This document shows positions 1 through 13,075 of a stretch of DNA of 64,000 bases, piece by piece. The stretch is from Haliotis rufescens (taxonomy: Eukaryota): assembly GCF_023055435.1 (NCBI RefSeq), contig NW_025963835.1, forward strand, positions 29,822,001 to 29,886,000, given 5' to 3'. Position 1 is the first letter of the stretch; every line of letters begins with the position of its first letter. Both the position numbers and the translations under genes were made by a program. The notes under the pieces are model-generated. The model saw only the letters and a program-made list of their open reading frames with translations. It made no database searches and was not told the origin of the DNA.

Positions 1-32
1 GTGCAATATAGGCTTAGTGCGTGATTGTGTAG

Positions 33-1512
33 GTACATCCATGACGATGTAAGTGTAAATATATATCATTGACAATGATAATGTTTCAACGATGACTCTG
101 TAAATGTGTACGTTAATGACGGTGATACTGTGTACATCCATGACAGTGACGGTGGGTACGTCCTTGTCAATGACAGTGCGTACATCCATGACGGTGTGTA
201 CGTTCATGACGGTGAAAGTGTGTACATCCATGACCGTGTGTACGTCCATGACGGTGTGTACGTTCATGACGGTGAAAGTGTGTACGTCCATGTCGGTGTG
301 TATGTCCATGACGGTGAAAGTGTAAATATATAGCATTGACAATGATAATGTTTCAACGATGACTCTGTAAATGTGTACGTTCATGACGGTGATACTGTGT
401 TCATCTATGACAGTGACGGTGGATACATCCATGTCAATGACAGTGCGTACATCCATGACGGTGTGTACGTTCATGACGGTGAAAGTGTGTACATCCATGA
501 CCGTGTGTACGTCTATGACGGAGTGTACGTTCATGACGGTGAAAGTGTGTACGTCCATGTCGGTGTGTATGTCCATGACGGTGAAAGTGTAAATATATAT
601 CATTGACAATGATAATGTTTCAACGATGACTCTGTAAATGTGTACGTTCATGACGGTGATACTGTGTTCATCCATGACAGTGACGGTGGATACATCCATG
701 TCAATGACAGTGCGTACATCCATGACGGTGTGTACGTTCATGACGGTGAAAGTGTGTACATCAATGACCGTGTGTACGTCCATGACGGTGTGTACGTCCA
801 TGACGGTGTGTACGTTCATGACGATGATACTGTGTACGTCCATGACGGTGATAGTGTGAACGTCCATGACCGTGTGTACGTTCATGACGGTGATATTGTG
901 TACGTCCATGACGGTGATAGTGTGAACGTCTATGACGGCGTGTACGTTCATGACGGTAATAGTGTGAACGTCCATGACGGTGATAGTGTGAACGTCCATG
1001 ACGGTGAAAGAGGGTACGTCCCTGACGGTGATAGTGTGTACGTCCATGTAGGTGTGTACGTCCATGACGGTGTGTACGTCCATGACGGTGTGTTCGTTCA
1101 TGACGGTGAAAGTGTGTACGTCAATGTTGGTGTGTATGTCCATGACGGTGAAAGTGTAAATATATAGCATTGACAATGATAATGTTTCAACGATGACGGT
1201 GTAAATGTGTACGTTCATGACGGTGATACTGTGTACATCCATGACAGTGACGGTGGATACATCCATGTCAATGACAGTGCGAACGTCCATGACGGTGTGT
1301 ACGTTCATGACGGTGTGTACGTTCATGACGGTGATATTGTGTACGTCCATGACGGTGATAGTGTGTACGTCCATGACGGTGATAGTGTGTACATCCATGA
1401 CGGTGGTAGTATGAACGTCAGTGACGGGGTGTATGTCCATAATGGTAACGGGGTGTACGTCCACGACTGTGATGTTTATACGTCCATGACGGGGGTGGTG
1501 TATTCTTCATAA
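33..1512. repeat. Minisatellite of 18/24-bp units (gtgtacgtccatgacggt, with or without gatagt) with a 267-bp higher-order period
   Basis: Unit visible directly. The block 'tgacaatgataatgtttcaacgatgac' recurs at 267-bp spacing (ORF starts 104, 371, 638) and again near 1171. Confidence 0.95.
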
Positions 1513-1807
1513 CGGTGAAAGTATACTTTAAAGATTCACTCACTTCCTTTGGCTGTTGAAATATTGATGAATAAAGTGTAAGTTCAGTTATAAACTAAGA
1601 ATGTCGCATAAACTATAACTTGAGTCAACTACTGCTTCTTGTGGCTAGTGATATATTGATTATTTCTCTTCATACAGTTAGTGATTTGAGTCTATTCCAT
1701 TTCGCTCTATATCTTATATTTACGTTATACTTATATTTTTTGTTCTCTTATCATATTCTCTGGAAATCCTAACGTATGTTAATACAAACCTGACTTTATT
1801 AAATACA

Positions 1808-1809
<2 letters not shown>

Positions 1810-1843
<34 letters not shown>
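1810..1843. repeat. (TA)n microsatellite
   Basis: Direct. Confidence 0.95.
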
Positions 1844-1845
<2 letters not shown>

Positions 1846-2065
1846 TTGCCCGTGCCTACAGACGCGTGTCAACACTCCGCCTTGTGTTGGAATGCTGTTA
1901 TATACAAGGGCTAATTACGCTAATAGACATGACAGTTTGCTGACTAAATACAGCAGAGCTACAGCGCTCCAGTGCTGTGACCATATCGTCCGCGCACCTG
2001 TCTGCACCACGTGACAAGTCTGCGACACACAGCTTCATCAGACGCCAATAGACCCGGCAGGAAGG

Positions 2066-2096
2066 ATGAACGCTAAAGGTCTGCCTGGATTAGAAG
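2066..2096 (+). CDS. Putative first coding exon (MNAKGLPGLE) of the coiled-coil gene
   Basis: aggATG, 10 codons + 1 nt, donor GAAG|gtaacg. Phase 1 matches the acceptor at 8442. Intermediate exons are not excluded. Confidence 0.45.
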
Positions 2097-2875
2097 GTAA
2101 CGCACATATTGACATTAGTGAAACACGATCAACGCACGTCAGTCATGTTCGTCTGTTTTTACAATTAGAACAAATGTTTTCAAATCAAAAGGCCATTTTT
2201 TTAATTGATTTCAACAAACGGTGATGGATGACCCGTGACAAAGTTGCTGTATCAATATCATAAAATCAGATCTTTACTCCGATACGATACCATTCACACA
2301 GAGAAGTTTTGTGTAGGAATACAAAATCTGATTTTATAAGATTATTGCTGTATAATGTTCATCAATATATGCGCCTCCTCTCAGACTACAGGAGGCGCCC
2401 GTTAAGATCTGGTTAATATGTAGACTGTCAAGGGTTTCGTCTTTACTATACGACTAATGCGGAGCGGGTCCATGTTAATGTAAGTAAAACTGTTAGTGTC
2501 AGTGGAACATGTATGCTTTCGCTGAAGAACATCAAATGTTTTGCCCATCAAAGAATGCCCTTGTTATATGACTGATTACAGACAGTATTCATGTCAATGT
2601 ATGCGATCATACTGTTCGCGTCAGTGAAACTCCATGGACAATGTCTAGACGCTGCGTGCCACTGTGGAATCGCAACACAGGCCATGTTTTATCTAGACCT
2701 ACTTAGAGGCCTAAACTCGGTCCGGGGTCTGCAGCAAGACCGTAAAAAAACCAAATAGGCATTGAACATTTCCCAATTCATGTGTCATGTTTATAAGTGA
2801 TGTTATAGTCTGTGTAGAGGTGACTTGTATGTCACTGATAACAGGACCAATACATCGAAAGAGGCTTTAATGCTT

Positions 2876-3058
2876 AGTGAGTGAGTGAGTGAGTGAGTGG
2901 GTGAGTATGGTTTTACGCCGTTTTAAGCAATATCCCAGCAATATCACGACAGGGGACACCAGAAACGGGCTTCGCACATTGTACCCATATGGTGAATTGA
3001 ACCCGGGTCTTCGGGGTGACGAGCGAACGCTTGAACCACCAGGCTACCCGATCGTCCC
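2876..3058 (-). mobile_element. tRNA(Asp)-like SINE family 1
   Basis: A/B boxes on the - strand, (CACT)n tail, flanking duplication tgcttagtg at 2871-2879 and 3065-3073. Confidence 0.9.
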
Positions 3059-3371
3059 TTTTAGTGCTTAGTGTTACAGTGTTAAAATTGAATGCTAATA
3101 TCACTTAATTATTTTTTTTATAAACATAAAGACTTTATCCAATTTGTCTGCCAAAGGCACTTAGTTTGGAATCCGAGATAAATCCTTGCATATACGTTCG
3201 TGATGTCTCGCTTGGCGGCAACACTCATGTCAGCCAACTCCGTCCATGTATTGTTGAGAAAATACCATGTGCTGCAGTCCTCTTCACGTTTGTCACAAGC
3301 GGCGGCTCGACCGTTAGGTTGATCGTTGTTGTTTCTGTATGGTTGATGTGAGTTTAAGAGTAAGGTCCTGA

Positions 3372-3533
3372 GTTAGTGAGTTTGGTTTTACGCCGCTTTT
3401 AGCAATATTCCAGCAATATCACGGCGGGGGACACCAGAAATGGGCTTCACACATTGTACCCATGTCGGGAATCGAACCCGGGTCTTCTGCGTGACGAGCG
3501 AACGCTTTAACCACTAGGCTACCCGACCGCCCC
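3372..3533 (-). mobile_element. tRNA(Asp)-like SINE family 1, full length with TSD
   Basis: Head ggggcggtcgggtagcctagtgg...ggttcgattccc. 12-bp TSD gtaaggtcctga at 3360-3371 and 3534-3545. Confidence 0.95.
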
Positions 3534-3886
3534 GTAAGGTCCTGAAGGAGCATCTGTGATTAACTCCCGAGATGTACGGCCGCCTTTATCGGCAAGAAGA
3601 TGTATTTCTGCGTTAATTCCTTCTCGGTGTTAATGATAAAACGGTGGTCATGTCGCCAAAGGCTTCGGAGTTAGCTTTGCAGAGTTGCGTTCCATGGACG
3701 TACCAGAATCCAATGATCGTGGTTTTAAACCAGTTTCGCCCTGATTAATGTGGGAGGAAAGGGTTTGTCAACACCATAACCGTTTAGCGACGTCATCAAG
3801 CTGGAGTGACTGCAACCAAGACTTAGTAATGAGTGGTATGATGCATGATATCCATGAAGTTGCACGTCTACTTATTTATTCACTGC

Positions 3887-4170
3887 GGGCACGGGTGGCC
3901 CAGATGTCTAAGGCGCCGCAATTCGCTCTGCAGAGTTGAGTCCCTTGGACACGCCAGAAACCTATGATCGTGCGTTCAAGTCCCGGTTCGTTTCGATTAT
4001 GTGTCTAAGGTCATATATCCGTGCACATTTGTTATCACCAAAGTGGTAAAAGTCTAAGACCTGCATCATTTCGGATTTCCTCCCACATCAAGCTGACACG
4101 CCGTATAAAACTGGAATACCCTTCAAGACACCGTGATATATGTGCAATACTGTTCAAATCGACGTTAACC
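3887..4170 (+). mobile_element. tRNA(Leu)-like SINE family 4 (degenerate copy also at about 3645-3790)
   Basis: Head gggcacgggtggcccagatgtctaaggcgcc, B box ttcaagtccc, body ending tttcctcccac. Homologous to 57404-57623 and 42965-43235. Confidence 0.8.
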
Positions 4171-5109
4171 TCATCTTATTATTAACTCACCAACGTCTAG
4201 AATGAGAAGCGGTGTAAAACCATACTCACTCACTCACTCAGTGAAATAACATCCACTCAAATGTTGCGACTGTCTTTCACATGTCACTTGCCGCATCTCC
4301 CTGTGTTCGGTGTTCTCTAGATCGCTATCACTGGTCGGCAAACCGTTCATACAGACGTTGTCGCCTACACGTGGAGACGTTCACGACGTCGTCTCTCTGA
4401 GGTATCAACCCATGCTTGGTAGTCTTAAAATGAAATCACAGATAATGTCGTCCTATATATCAAGTGCACTGAGGCAGTGAGGTTGTGATGGAACTGTTTG
4501 CTTCATTGGTACCGACAATAAAGTACAAGCGATGCCAGTATTTCGATAATACTACGAGAAGTACTTGTGTTATAGGCACGCTGGTGCCAACTTTGACGTT
4601 TCTGCGTTAGAATATCGACAAACGCTATGTTACATCAGAAAAGTGGATTGAAATGGTTAAGCTGTTTTCTCATTTCTCCAAACGAAATGTCCTTGTACCA
4701 TGAAATCATTGTATTGAGTGGACACGCCCAGGTATGAGCGTCATAACTCGTCAAGGATGAAATCCATACAGAAATACTACAGAAGACACAGCAAACATCC
4801 CGCTCTCCGCCAGCTCACAATACATCAATGGATCTGACAGAAGCTCATCAGTGAAGTCCTTCGGGCAATTACAGTCTCAAGTTCCCGATAGCTGCTGAGT
4901 ACTTGGTTAAGCCTGCGTGTGTGTATGTTCGTCGCATCTTCATCGATTCTAGATTCACATTTATCATTTGAGTACAGTATGCCTGTTGTGACACGGGGAT
5001 ACAAGGACGGGGTATGATGTATTGTTATGGGATATAGTAATAACTCAGTATGTAATTGTCAGCCGTGTACTACGGATAACCGTGTCTGGAAAGATAACAT
5101 AAGTTATGG

Positions 5110-6860
5110 AAACACAATGTCTAAATGGATAACACAGTATCTAAATGGATAACACCGTATCTAAATGGATAACACAGTATCTAAATGGATGACAAAATGT
5201 CTAAAGGGATAATACGGTATCTACATGGATGATACAATGTCTAAATGGATGACAAAATGTCTGAAGGGATAACACGGTATCTACATGGATAACACAGTAT
5301 TTAAATGGATGACAAAATGTCTAAAGGGATAACACGGTATCTACATGGATGATACAATGTCTGAATGGATGACAAAATGTCTGAAGGGATAACACGATAT
5401 CTTCATGGATGATACAATGTCTAAATGGATGGCAAAATGTCTGAAGGGATAACACGGTATCTACATGGATGATGCAATGTCTAAATGGATGACAAAATGT
5501 CTAAAGGGACAGCACGGTATCTACATGTATAACACCGTATCTAAATGGATAACACCGCATCTAAATGGATAACACGGTATCTACATGGATGACAAAATGT
5601 CTAAAGGGACAGCACGGTATCTACATGGATAACACAGTATCTTAATGGATAACACAGTATCTAAATGGATGACAAAATGTCTAAAGGGATAACACGGTAT
5701 CTACATGGATGATACAATGTCTAAGTGGATGACAAAATGTCTAAAGGGATAACACGGTATCTACATGGATGATACAATGTCTAAGTGGATGACAAAATGT
5801 CTAAAGGGATAACACGGTACCTACATGGATGATGCAATGTCTAAATGGATGACAAAATGTCTAAAGGGATAACACGGTATCTACATGGATGACACCGTAT
5901 CTAAATGGATAACACGGTATCTACATGGATGACAAATTGTCTAAAGGGACAGCACGGTATCTACATGGATAACACAGTATCTAAATGGATAACACAGTAT
6001 CTAAATGGATGACAAAATGTCTATAGGAACAATACGGTATTTACATGGATGATACAATGGCTAAATGGATGTTACAATGTAGAAATGGATAACACAGAAT
6101 CTAAATGGATGTGACAATGTATCCATGGATGTTACAATGTCTAAATGGATGTTTCAATGTATAAATGGATGACACAATATAAAAATGGATAACTGAGTAT
6201 CTAAATGGATGATACAATGTCGAAATGGATGGTACAATGTCTAAATGGATGTTACAATGTCTTAATGGATGACACAATGTAAAAATGGATAACTGAGTAT
6301 CTAAATGGATGATACAATGTCGAAATGGATGGTACAATGTATCAATGGATGACACAATGTAAAAATGGATAACACAGTATCTAAATGGATGATACAATAT
6401 ATAAATGGATGTTACAATGTCTAAATGGATGTTACAATGTCTAAATGGATGAAACAATGTAAAAATGGATAACTGAGTATCTAAATGGATGATACAATGT
6501 CGAAATGGATGGTACAATGTATCAATGGATGACACAATGTAAAAATGGATAACACAGTATCTAAATGGATGATACAATATCTAAATGGATAATACAATGT
6601 CTAAATGGATGTTACAATGTCTAAATGGATGTTACAATGTCTAAATGGATGACACAATGTAAAAATGGATAACAGTATCTAAATGGATGATACAATATCT
6701 AAATGGATGATACAATGTCTAAATGGATGTTACAATGTATCAATGGATGTCACAATGTCTAAATGGATGACACGGTATCTAAATGGATGATACAATGTTT
6801 ACATGGATGATACAATATCTTAATAGATGTTACAATGTAAAATGATTGACACAATGTAAA
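5110..6860. repeat. 20-bp minisatellite (gatacaatgtctaaatggat variants), about 85 units
   Basis: Direct. Confidence 0.95.
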
Positions 6861-7141
6861 AATGCTTGAAAATTTGAAAATGTATGGTTCAATGTGAAAA
6901 TGGTTAGCACAGTGTAAACATGGTATGAAACAGTTGATTTGACGAATAATTTTAGAATACTACTACTTTTACAGTCATTGTCGGAAGGCGTATTTAAATA
7001 CTTATATGTACAATTACATTCGATAAAATGCAAAGTTGCGGTTACGACAATATTCAAGGGATGTGTGGCGTTATGTTTCGTGCAAAACAAAATACGATAG
7101 AAATCTTCAAAGAGAATGTATTTCAAACTTGCTATTTGCCG

Positions 7142-7281
7142 CGGATTAAAGCGATCGCTCGTCACGCCGAAGACCGGGTTCGATTCCCGACATTGGTACA
7201 ATGTGTGAAGCCCATTTCTGGTGTCCCCCACCGTGATATTGCTGGAATATTTCTAAATGCAGCCTTAAATCATACTCACTC
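7142..7281 (+). mobile_element. SINE family 1, 5'-eroded
   Basis: cgctcgtcacgccgaagaccgggttcgattcccgac...gctggaatatt...tactcactc. Confidence 0.85.
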
Positions 7282-8442
7282 GATCACTATATACGACTGT
7301 GACGTCATATATATAAGATAAGCTCCGACGTTCATACAATGTTTGGCCCTCACTCTATGAAGGTTCATACTCCAATGAACTCACACAAAGTGAAAGTCAA
7401 TTCTTATAATTTTTGTATCACAATTTCTTACCTTAAAGGATGTAGGCCAAGGCCTAAACACAATTTTATTTAGTACGTGTGACTTCATGTCTACACTGAC
7501 AGCCATACAACAACCAGCTATATCGCGGAGTAAAATAGTTCCTCAAAAAGAGAGGTGACATGAGCGTATAGATGCACAACTTGCTCTTCAGAAACATCTT
7601 ACGCAGCAAATGTGTTCAAATCATATCCTCATTAGATGAGAAAGTTCTGTAAAGAACTACCTCAGTAAGTCAGTCACAATGAAAGCACTTCGTAAAACAT
7701 TTACATCAAGTACATGACGTCAATATGGCCGACACGATAAACGTGACGGGAGAAATTTCCGAAGTTGTTAATGAACCTGTGGCGATTACATGTGTTAGTC
7801 ATCATTGATCAACTGGCCGATCATTGAAAGGTGAATAAAGATGCGTCAAACAGACACTAAGGTAAATTCATAGATTGCTGGAGACAGTCAGTGTCAGCCG
7901 AAGACACGGATCGAGTCGATACTCCCGATAGTTTAGATGTGCATTTCTTCGTTTGTTCATTAGGATAGGCCGTAGCGAGGATATTCGTGAACAATCATGC
8001 AGTCACGCTCTCTGACATTTCTCAATGTATACTGAAACGCTGAGACCAAGAATAAAGGTTCTTAATGATCAGAAAGAACACTGTGGAAGTAGTCCGTCAG
8101 TGGTTACGTCATTTCAAGAACACAAATTGTGTCGTTCATACACCTATGAACGTCAATTCACGGTCATGTGACCGACCTCTCGTCCAGTGGAAAAGCCGTA
8201 TATCGTGTAAACTTCAAATTAAAAAATTATCTTACGTTACATTGAGCGATATGACGTCATAATAGTGACGCGCGGTGAACGAAGGCTTTGCAAGGCTTGC
8301 TTACGATTATCGTAGCTCTACGATCGCTTTGTGGAACGGTGTCCTGTGTTCTGTGAATCCCCAATGATCGTTGATATACAGCGTTGATATATGTTCAAAC
8401 AATTCTTACGAATAAAATCTGTATTCAACCTTGTATTTTCAG

Positions 8443-9323
8443 TGTTATTCCGGGAACAGACTCGACTGTCGAAGAAGCTGAGCGTGGATGAGTTGGCGGC
8501 TGTTAGACGCTACATAGAACAACGGGTGACATTCGAAAACCAGAGTCTTCTGTTCAAACTCCGCCACCTCAAGTCCACACAGGATCTCAGTGAGAGGGAA
8601 TATGAGCGATCCCTAACTACGCTGCAGCGAGAGTTGGATAAAGAAAAATGGATTGCTCAAGAGTTTCAGCGAGAGTTTGGAAGTCTCGCGAGAGTTCTTC
8701 AACAACGAGATGAAAGATATCGCATGAAGAACGACACATTGATCTCTGATTTGAAAAAGGCGAGACGTACTTTGTCTAGCGTCGATGACATGAAAGAAAG
8801 GATGAATAACGAAATTAAACAGAAAGACTGTGTTATTAAAGAGCAAGAACTGAAAATGAATCAGCTGAGGGATAATAACAGGAAACGGTATGAGATAGTG
8901 GAACTGAAATATTCCGAAGAGAGAGACAAAATGAATAAAGAAATATTGCGATTGAAATATATGTTAGATGAGAAGAATAAGGAAATAACAAATCTCAAAA
9001 TAGATTTGTATGAACGAAAGATGGTGGAGAAAAACGTGCGGTTCAAGGACACTTATTGTGACGCTGGCATGTGCAAAGCACGTGCAGACCTAGACCAATG
9101 TCGGACCCAGCTTGTCCACAAATGTACAGAAATAACGTCCCTGAACTTCCAGATCGAGCAAGGCAAACAGAAGATCCGCGAGCAGGCCAAGCTGCTGGAC
9201 TATCTCTCCCCCGTGTTGAGACAGAGAGACGATGCCAGGAACAACCATTGCTCCAACACACGGGCGAGGAGGCTGACGGCTTACACTCTCTCCAGCGTCA
9301 GGAAATCAGGCTCTAGGATTTGA
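8443..9323 (+). CDS. Main/terminal exon of an uncharacterised coiled-coil protein
   Basis: About 290 open non-repetitive codons, rich in E/K/R/L/Q with a heptad-like pattern. Acceptor ttgtattttcag|tg at 8442; TGA at 9321-9323. Confidence 0.8.
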
Positions 9324-9894
9324 TAGAGAGGTGGGACTTCATGTACTCCCTCCAGTGTCAGAACATCAGTGTCATGGTGACAGAGAGGTGTGGCTTCGTG
9401 TACACCAGTCATGATGTGTGTACCGTTTTCACGGAAAGGAAAATATGAAGCTAGAAAGTTTCAAAGGTTTCCAAAGCGACATGTAAATAGACATCTGCAG
9501 TTCGTTGAGGTGAGATTTCGGCCGACTCACAAAGGTGATGTGATCAACCCGCGGCGGTGATTTCATGATATTAGCATTGACATGCAGAGCTGTTATTAAA
9601 CTCTTTACTCTAAATAGTTTTCAAAGTTAAGGACTTTTGAATTTTCGATATTTTAAAAAGAGAATTGCAATGGCTCAGTGTTGTTCCATCATCCCATCTG
9701 TATCATGAGCAGTTTGCATTATTATGTCGTGTTCGTTGAAATAAACACACCGATTTGATTACAATGTTCTTGTGTTATTGTATACGTGTGTACTGTCCAG
9801 GCATTGTATTGGACTGTACCATGCGGGATGATGAGATAGGACAGTAGAGAAAACTCTGGTTCGTCACACTGAGCGAGTGAGTATGGTTTTGGTT

Positions 9895-10530
9895 CGTCAC
9901 ATTGAGTCACTTCCTCGTCACTCAACCAGGTCACACTGTCAATTCCTTGTCACTTAATCAAGTAACTTTGTCACTTTCTTGTGACTCAGCCAGGTCACAT
10001 TGTCAGTTCCTTGTCACTCAACCAGGTTATGTTGTCAGTTCCTTGTCACTCAACCAGGTTATGTTGTCACTTCCTTGTCACTCAACCCGGTCACATTGTC
10101 AGTTCCTTGTCACTCAACCAGGCTCATTGTCACTTCCTTGTCACTCAACCAGGTCACATTGTCACCTCCTTGTCACTCAACCAGGTCACATTGTCACTTC
10201 CTTGTTACTCAACCAAGTAACTTTGTCACCTCCTTGTCACTTAACCAGGCCACATTGTCACTTCCTTGTCACTCAACCAGGTCACATTGTCAGTTCCTTG
10301 TCACTCAACCAAGTAACGTTGTCACTTCCTTGTCACTCAGCCAGGTCCTATTGTCACTTCTTTGTCACTCAACCAGATCACATTGTCACTTCTTTGTCAC
10401 TCAACCAGGTCACATTGTCACTTTTTTGTTACTCATTCAGGTCACATTGTCACTTCCTTTTCACTCAACCAGATCACACTGTCACTTCCTTTTTTCACTC
10501 AACCAGGTCACACTGTCACTTTCTTGTCTC
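9895..10530. repeat. 32-bp minisatellite (tgtcacttccttgtcactcaaccaggtcacat)
   Basis: Direct. Confidence 0.95.
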
Positions 10531-10849
10531 TTTCTGGGGGAATTGAATAATTTAACTTCGCCTTGCTTTTTAACCGACATTAATCTATTGTTATAGATGT
10601 TCTTGTTCTAAACCTGATAACAATACTCATATTCTATCAGCTATATAGTCAAGGTATTTATTCATATGTAAAGCTATTTAAGCAAGATTTTACATTTTTA
10701 CAGGTTTAACATCTCATCTCTATCAACACCGTATAACATGTACCACGTATCCTGTATCATGGTTCAGGAAGACCATGTGTCGCTGGTGACTGCACAGATC
10801 TCCTGGAGGATTCCATCCTCGGGTGTAGCGGGGACAAAAAGGATAAATA

Positions 10850-11023
10850 CAGTAAACTACGGTTATAACGAACACGCTTATAACGAACTGACGGATATAA
10901 CGAACTACTTTTTTGGTCCCAATAATTAGCTGTATTATGCTGTATATATGCTTATAACGAACTACGGTTATAACGAACTAAAATAAGAAGTCCCTTTGAG
11001 TTCGTTATAACCGTACTTTACTG
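10850..11023. mobile_element. Tc1/mariner-pogo-type MITE with TA TSD
   Basis: TIR cagtaaactacggttataacgaac / gttcgttataaccgtactttactg, flanked by TA on both sides. Second copy at 48769-48943. Confidence 0.9.
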
Positions 11024-11046
11024 TATTTGCCTTTCTCTACACGTCA

Positions 11047-11140
11047 AGATCCTTTCAACACACCCTGAGATCCTTTCAACACACCCTGAGATCCTTTCAA
11101 CACACTCTGAGATCCTTTCAACACTCCCTGAGATCCTTCC
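11047..11140. repeat. 21-bp tandem repeat (gagatcctttcaacacaccct), 4-5 units
   Basis: Direct. Confidence 0.9.
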
Positions 11141-12149
11141 TGTGCCCCTTGGCATGCCCCGTGATACGCTTGAGTTACGCTGCCGAAGTTGGTCATTTCG
11201 GTTTACTCTCACTTTGCCAGCAGGCTGGGGAGATTAACATGTACGGTCATGTGACTTGCCAGCTATAGCCTGTTCTCATTATCTGAGCTCCTTCATGACT
11301 TAGCTGTGACCCACTGTGAGCCAAACTTAACTAATGAAGTGAACTGTGTTCAGCTTAACAGATATTAAGCTATATTATATTGTCTTGAAAATTTGTACAT
11401 CTGTACATAAATGTAATTTTTAATTAATAATTAATAAAAACCTATACTACTACATACATTTTGTGTGTTATATCTACCTAGACAGGCTGTAGTCTGGCTA
11501 TAGTCAGTCAGTGAAAGTGAAACAGTCTATAGTGTTAATCCCCATTGTTGTAGGGATTATCACGGGCTACTGATTTTTAAACTAGAACAATAGCTGCTGG
11601 CAAAGTGAGAACGCCTGTGTGTACCCTCGTAAAATAATGTACCCGAATTGGCCACTATACACTTGTGTATTCCCTGTCACGTTATATTGGCTAACCACTG
11701 ATATGTCACGGTACACCGTTGTGACAAAAATCATGAGTGTGTAACTGTACACTTCTTGTGTCACTTTACATCCATGCCAATATACACGGGTGTGTCGCAA
11801 TACACTAGCTTGCCACTTCAGACCTGGGTTTCACTATACACGTTTTTGACACTTCACACCTATGTGTCACTATACACTCGCATGACGTTTTACATAGGTG
11901 TGTCAGTGTCACTATACACTTGTGTGGCACTATGCACCTGTATGTCACTTTACATTTGCGTGTCACGTGACGCCAGTATGCCACATTGTACTGTTATCTC
12001 CCGTGATCCTGGTGTTAAACTTCACGCACGGTGTGTCGGAATGGATTAGCGTGAAACTATGCTTCATTATATCACTCTGTTCTGTGAAAATGTCCATCAA
12101 TTGTGCGTTCCATTGAAATCATGAAAAAGAGGCTAAGCATGTTATTAAC

Positions 12150-13075
12150 TCACTCCAGTAGCCCAATCCTCTTTGCCAATCAATCACTCACTGCCTTTTC
12201 CCCCGTCTTCTTCTTCTCCTCCTGCTCGAGTAGCCCTACCCTCATGGCCAGCTCACTCACTCACACATTCACTCACTCACTCACTCACTCATTCACTCAC
12301 TCACTCACTCACTGCCTTTCACCCGTCTTCTTCTTCTCCTCCTGTTCCAGTAGCCCTACCCTCTTGGTCAGCTCACTCACTCACATACTCACTCACTCAC
12401 TCACTCACTCACTCACTCACTGCCTCTTCCCCCTTCTTCTACTTCTCCTCCTGCTCCAGTAGCCCTACCCTCCTGGCCAGCTCACTCACTCACTCACTCA
12501 CTCACTCACTCACTGCCTCTTCCCCCTTCTTCTATTTCTCCTCCTGTTCCAGTAGCCCTACCCTCTTGGCCAGCTCGCTCACTCACTCACTCACTCACTC
12601 ACTCACTCACTCACTCACTGCCTTTCCCCCCTTCTTCTACTTCTCCTCCTGCTCCAGTAGCCCTACCCTCCTGGCCAGCTCACTCACTCACTCACTCACT
12701 CACTCACTCACTCACTGCCTCTTCCCCCCGTCTTCTTCTTCTCCTCCTGTTCCAGTAGCCCTACCCTCCTGGCCAGCTCACTCACTCACTCACTCACTGC
12801 CTTTTCCCCCTTTTTCTTCTTCTCCTCCTGCTCCAGTAGCCCTACCCTCCTGGCCAGCTCACTCACTCACTCACTCACTGCCTCTTCCCCCGTCTTCTCC
12901 TCCTCCTCCAGTAGCCCTACTCTCCTGGCCAGCTCACTCACTCACTGCCTTTTCCCCCTTCTTCTCCTCCTGCTCCAGTAGCCCTACCCTCCTGGCCAGC
13001 TCACTCACTCACTCACTCACTGCCTCTTCCCCCGTCTTCTCCTCCTCCTCCAGTAGCCCAACCCTCTTGGCCAGC
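12150..13075 (-). repeat. Tandem array of the K2P C-terminal coding end plus (GAGT)n
   Basis: About 10 extra copies of the last ~20 codons ([19 protein letters not shown]), separated by (GAGT)n runs. Confidence 0.9.

Noticed and set aside
104-1512. VYVHDG-repeat ORFs that look like a His-rich structural protein
   Set aside because: Units are multiples of 3, so frames stay open by default. A stop recurs in each 267-bp block, and no signal peptide or splice context is visible.
3372-3533. Functional tRNA genes at the SINE heads
   Set aside because: Acceptor stems are not intact, and each head is fused to a SINE body and simple-repeat tail, with TSDs where checked.
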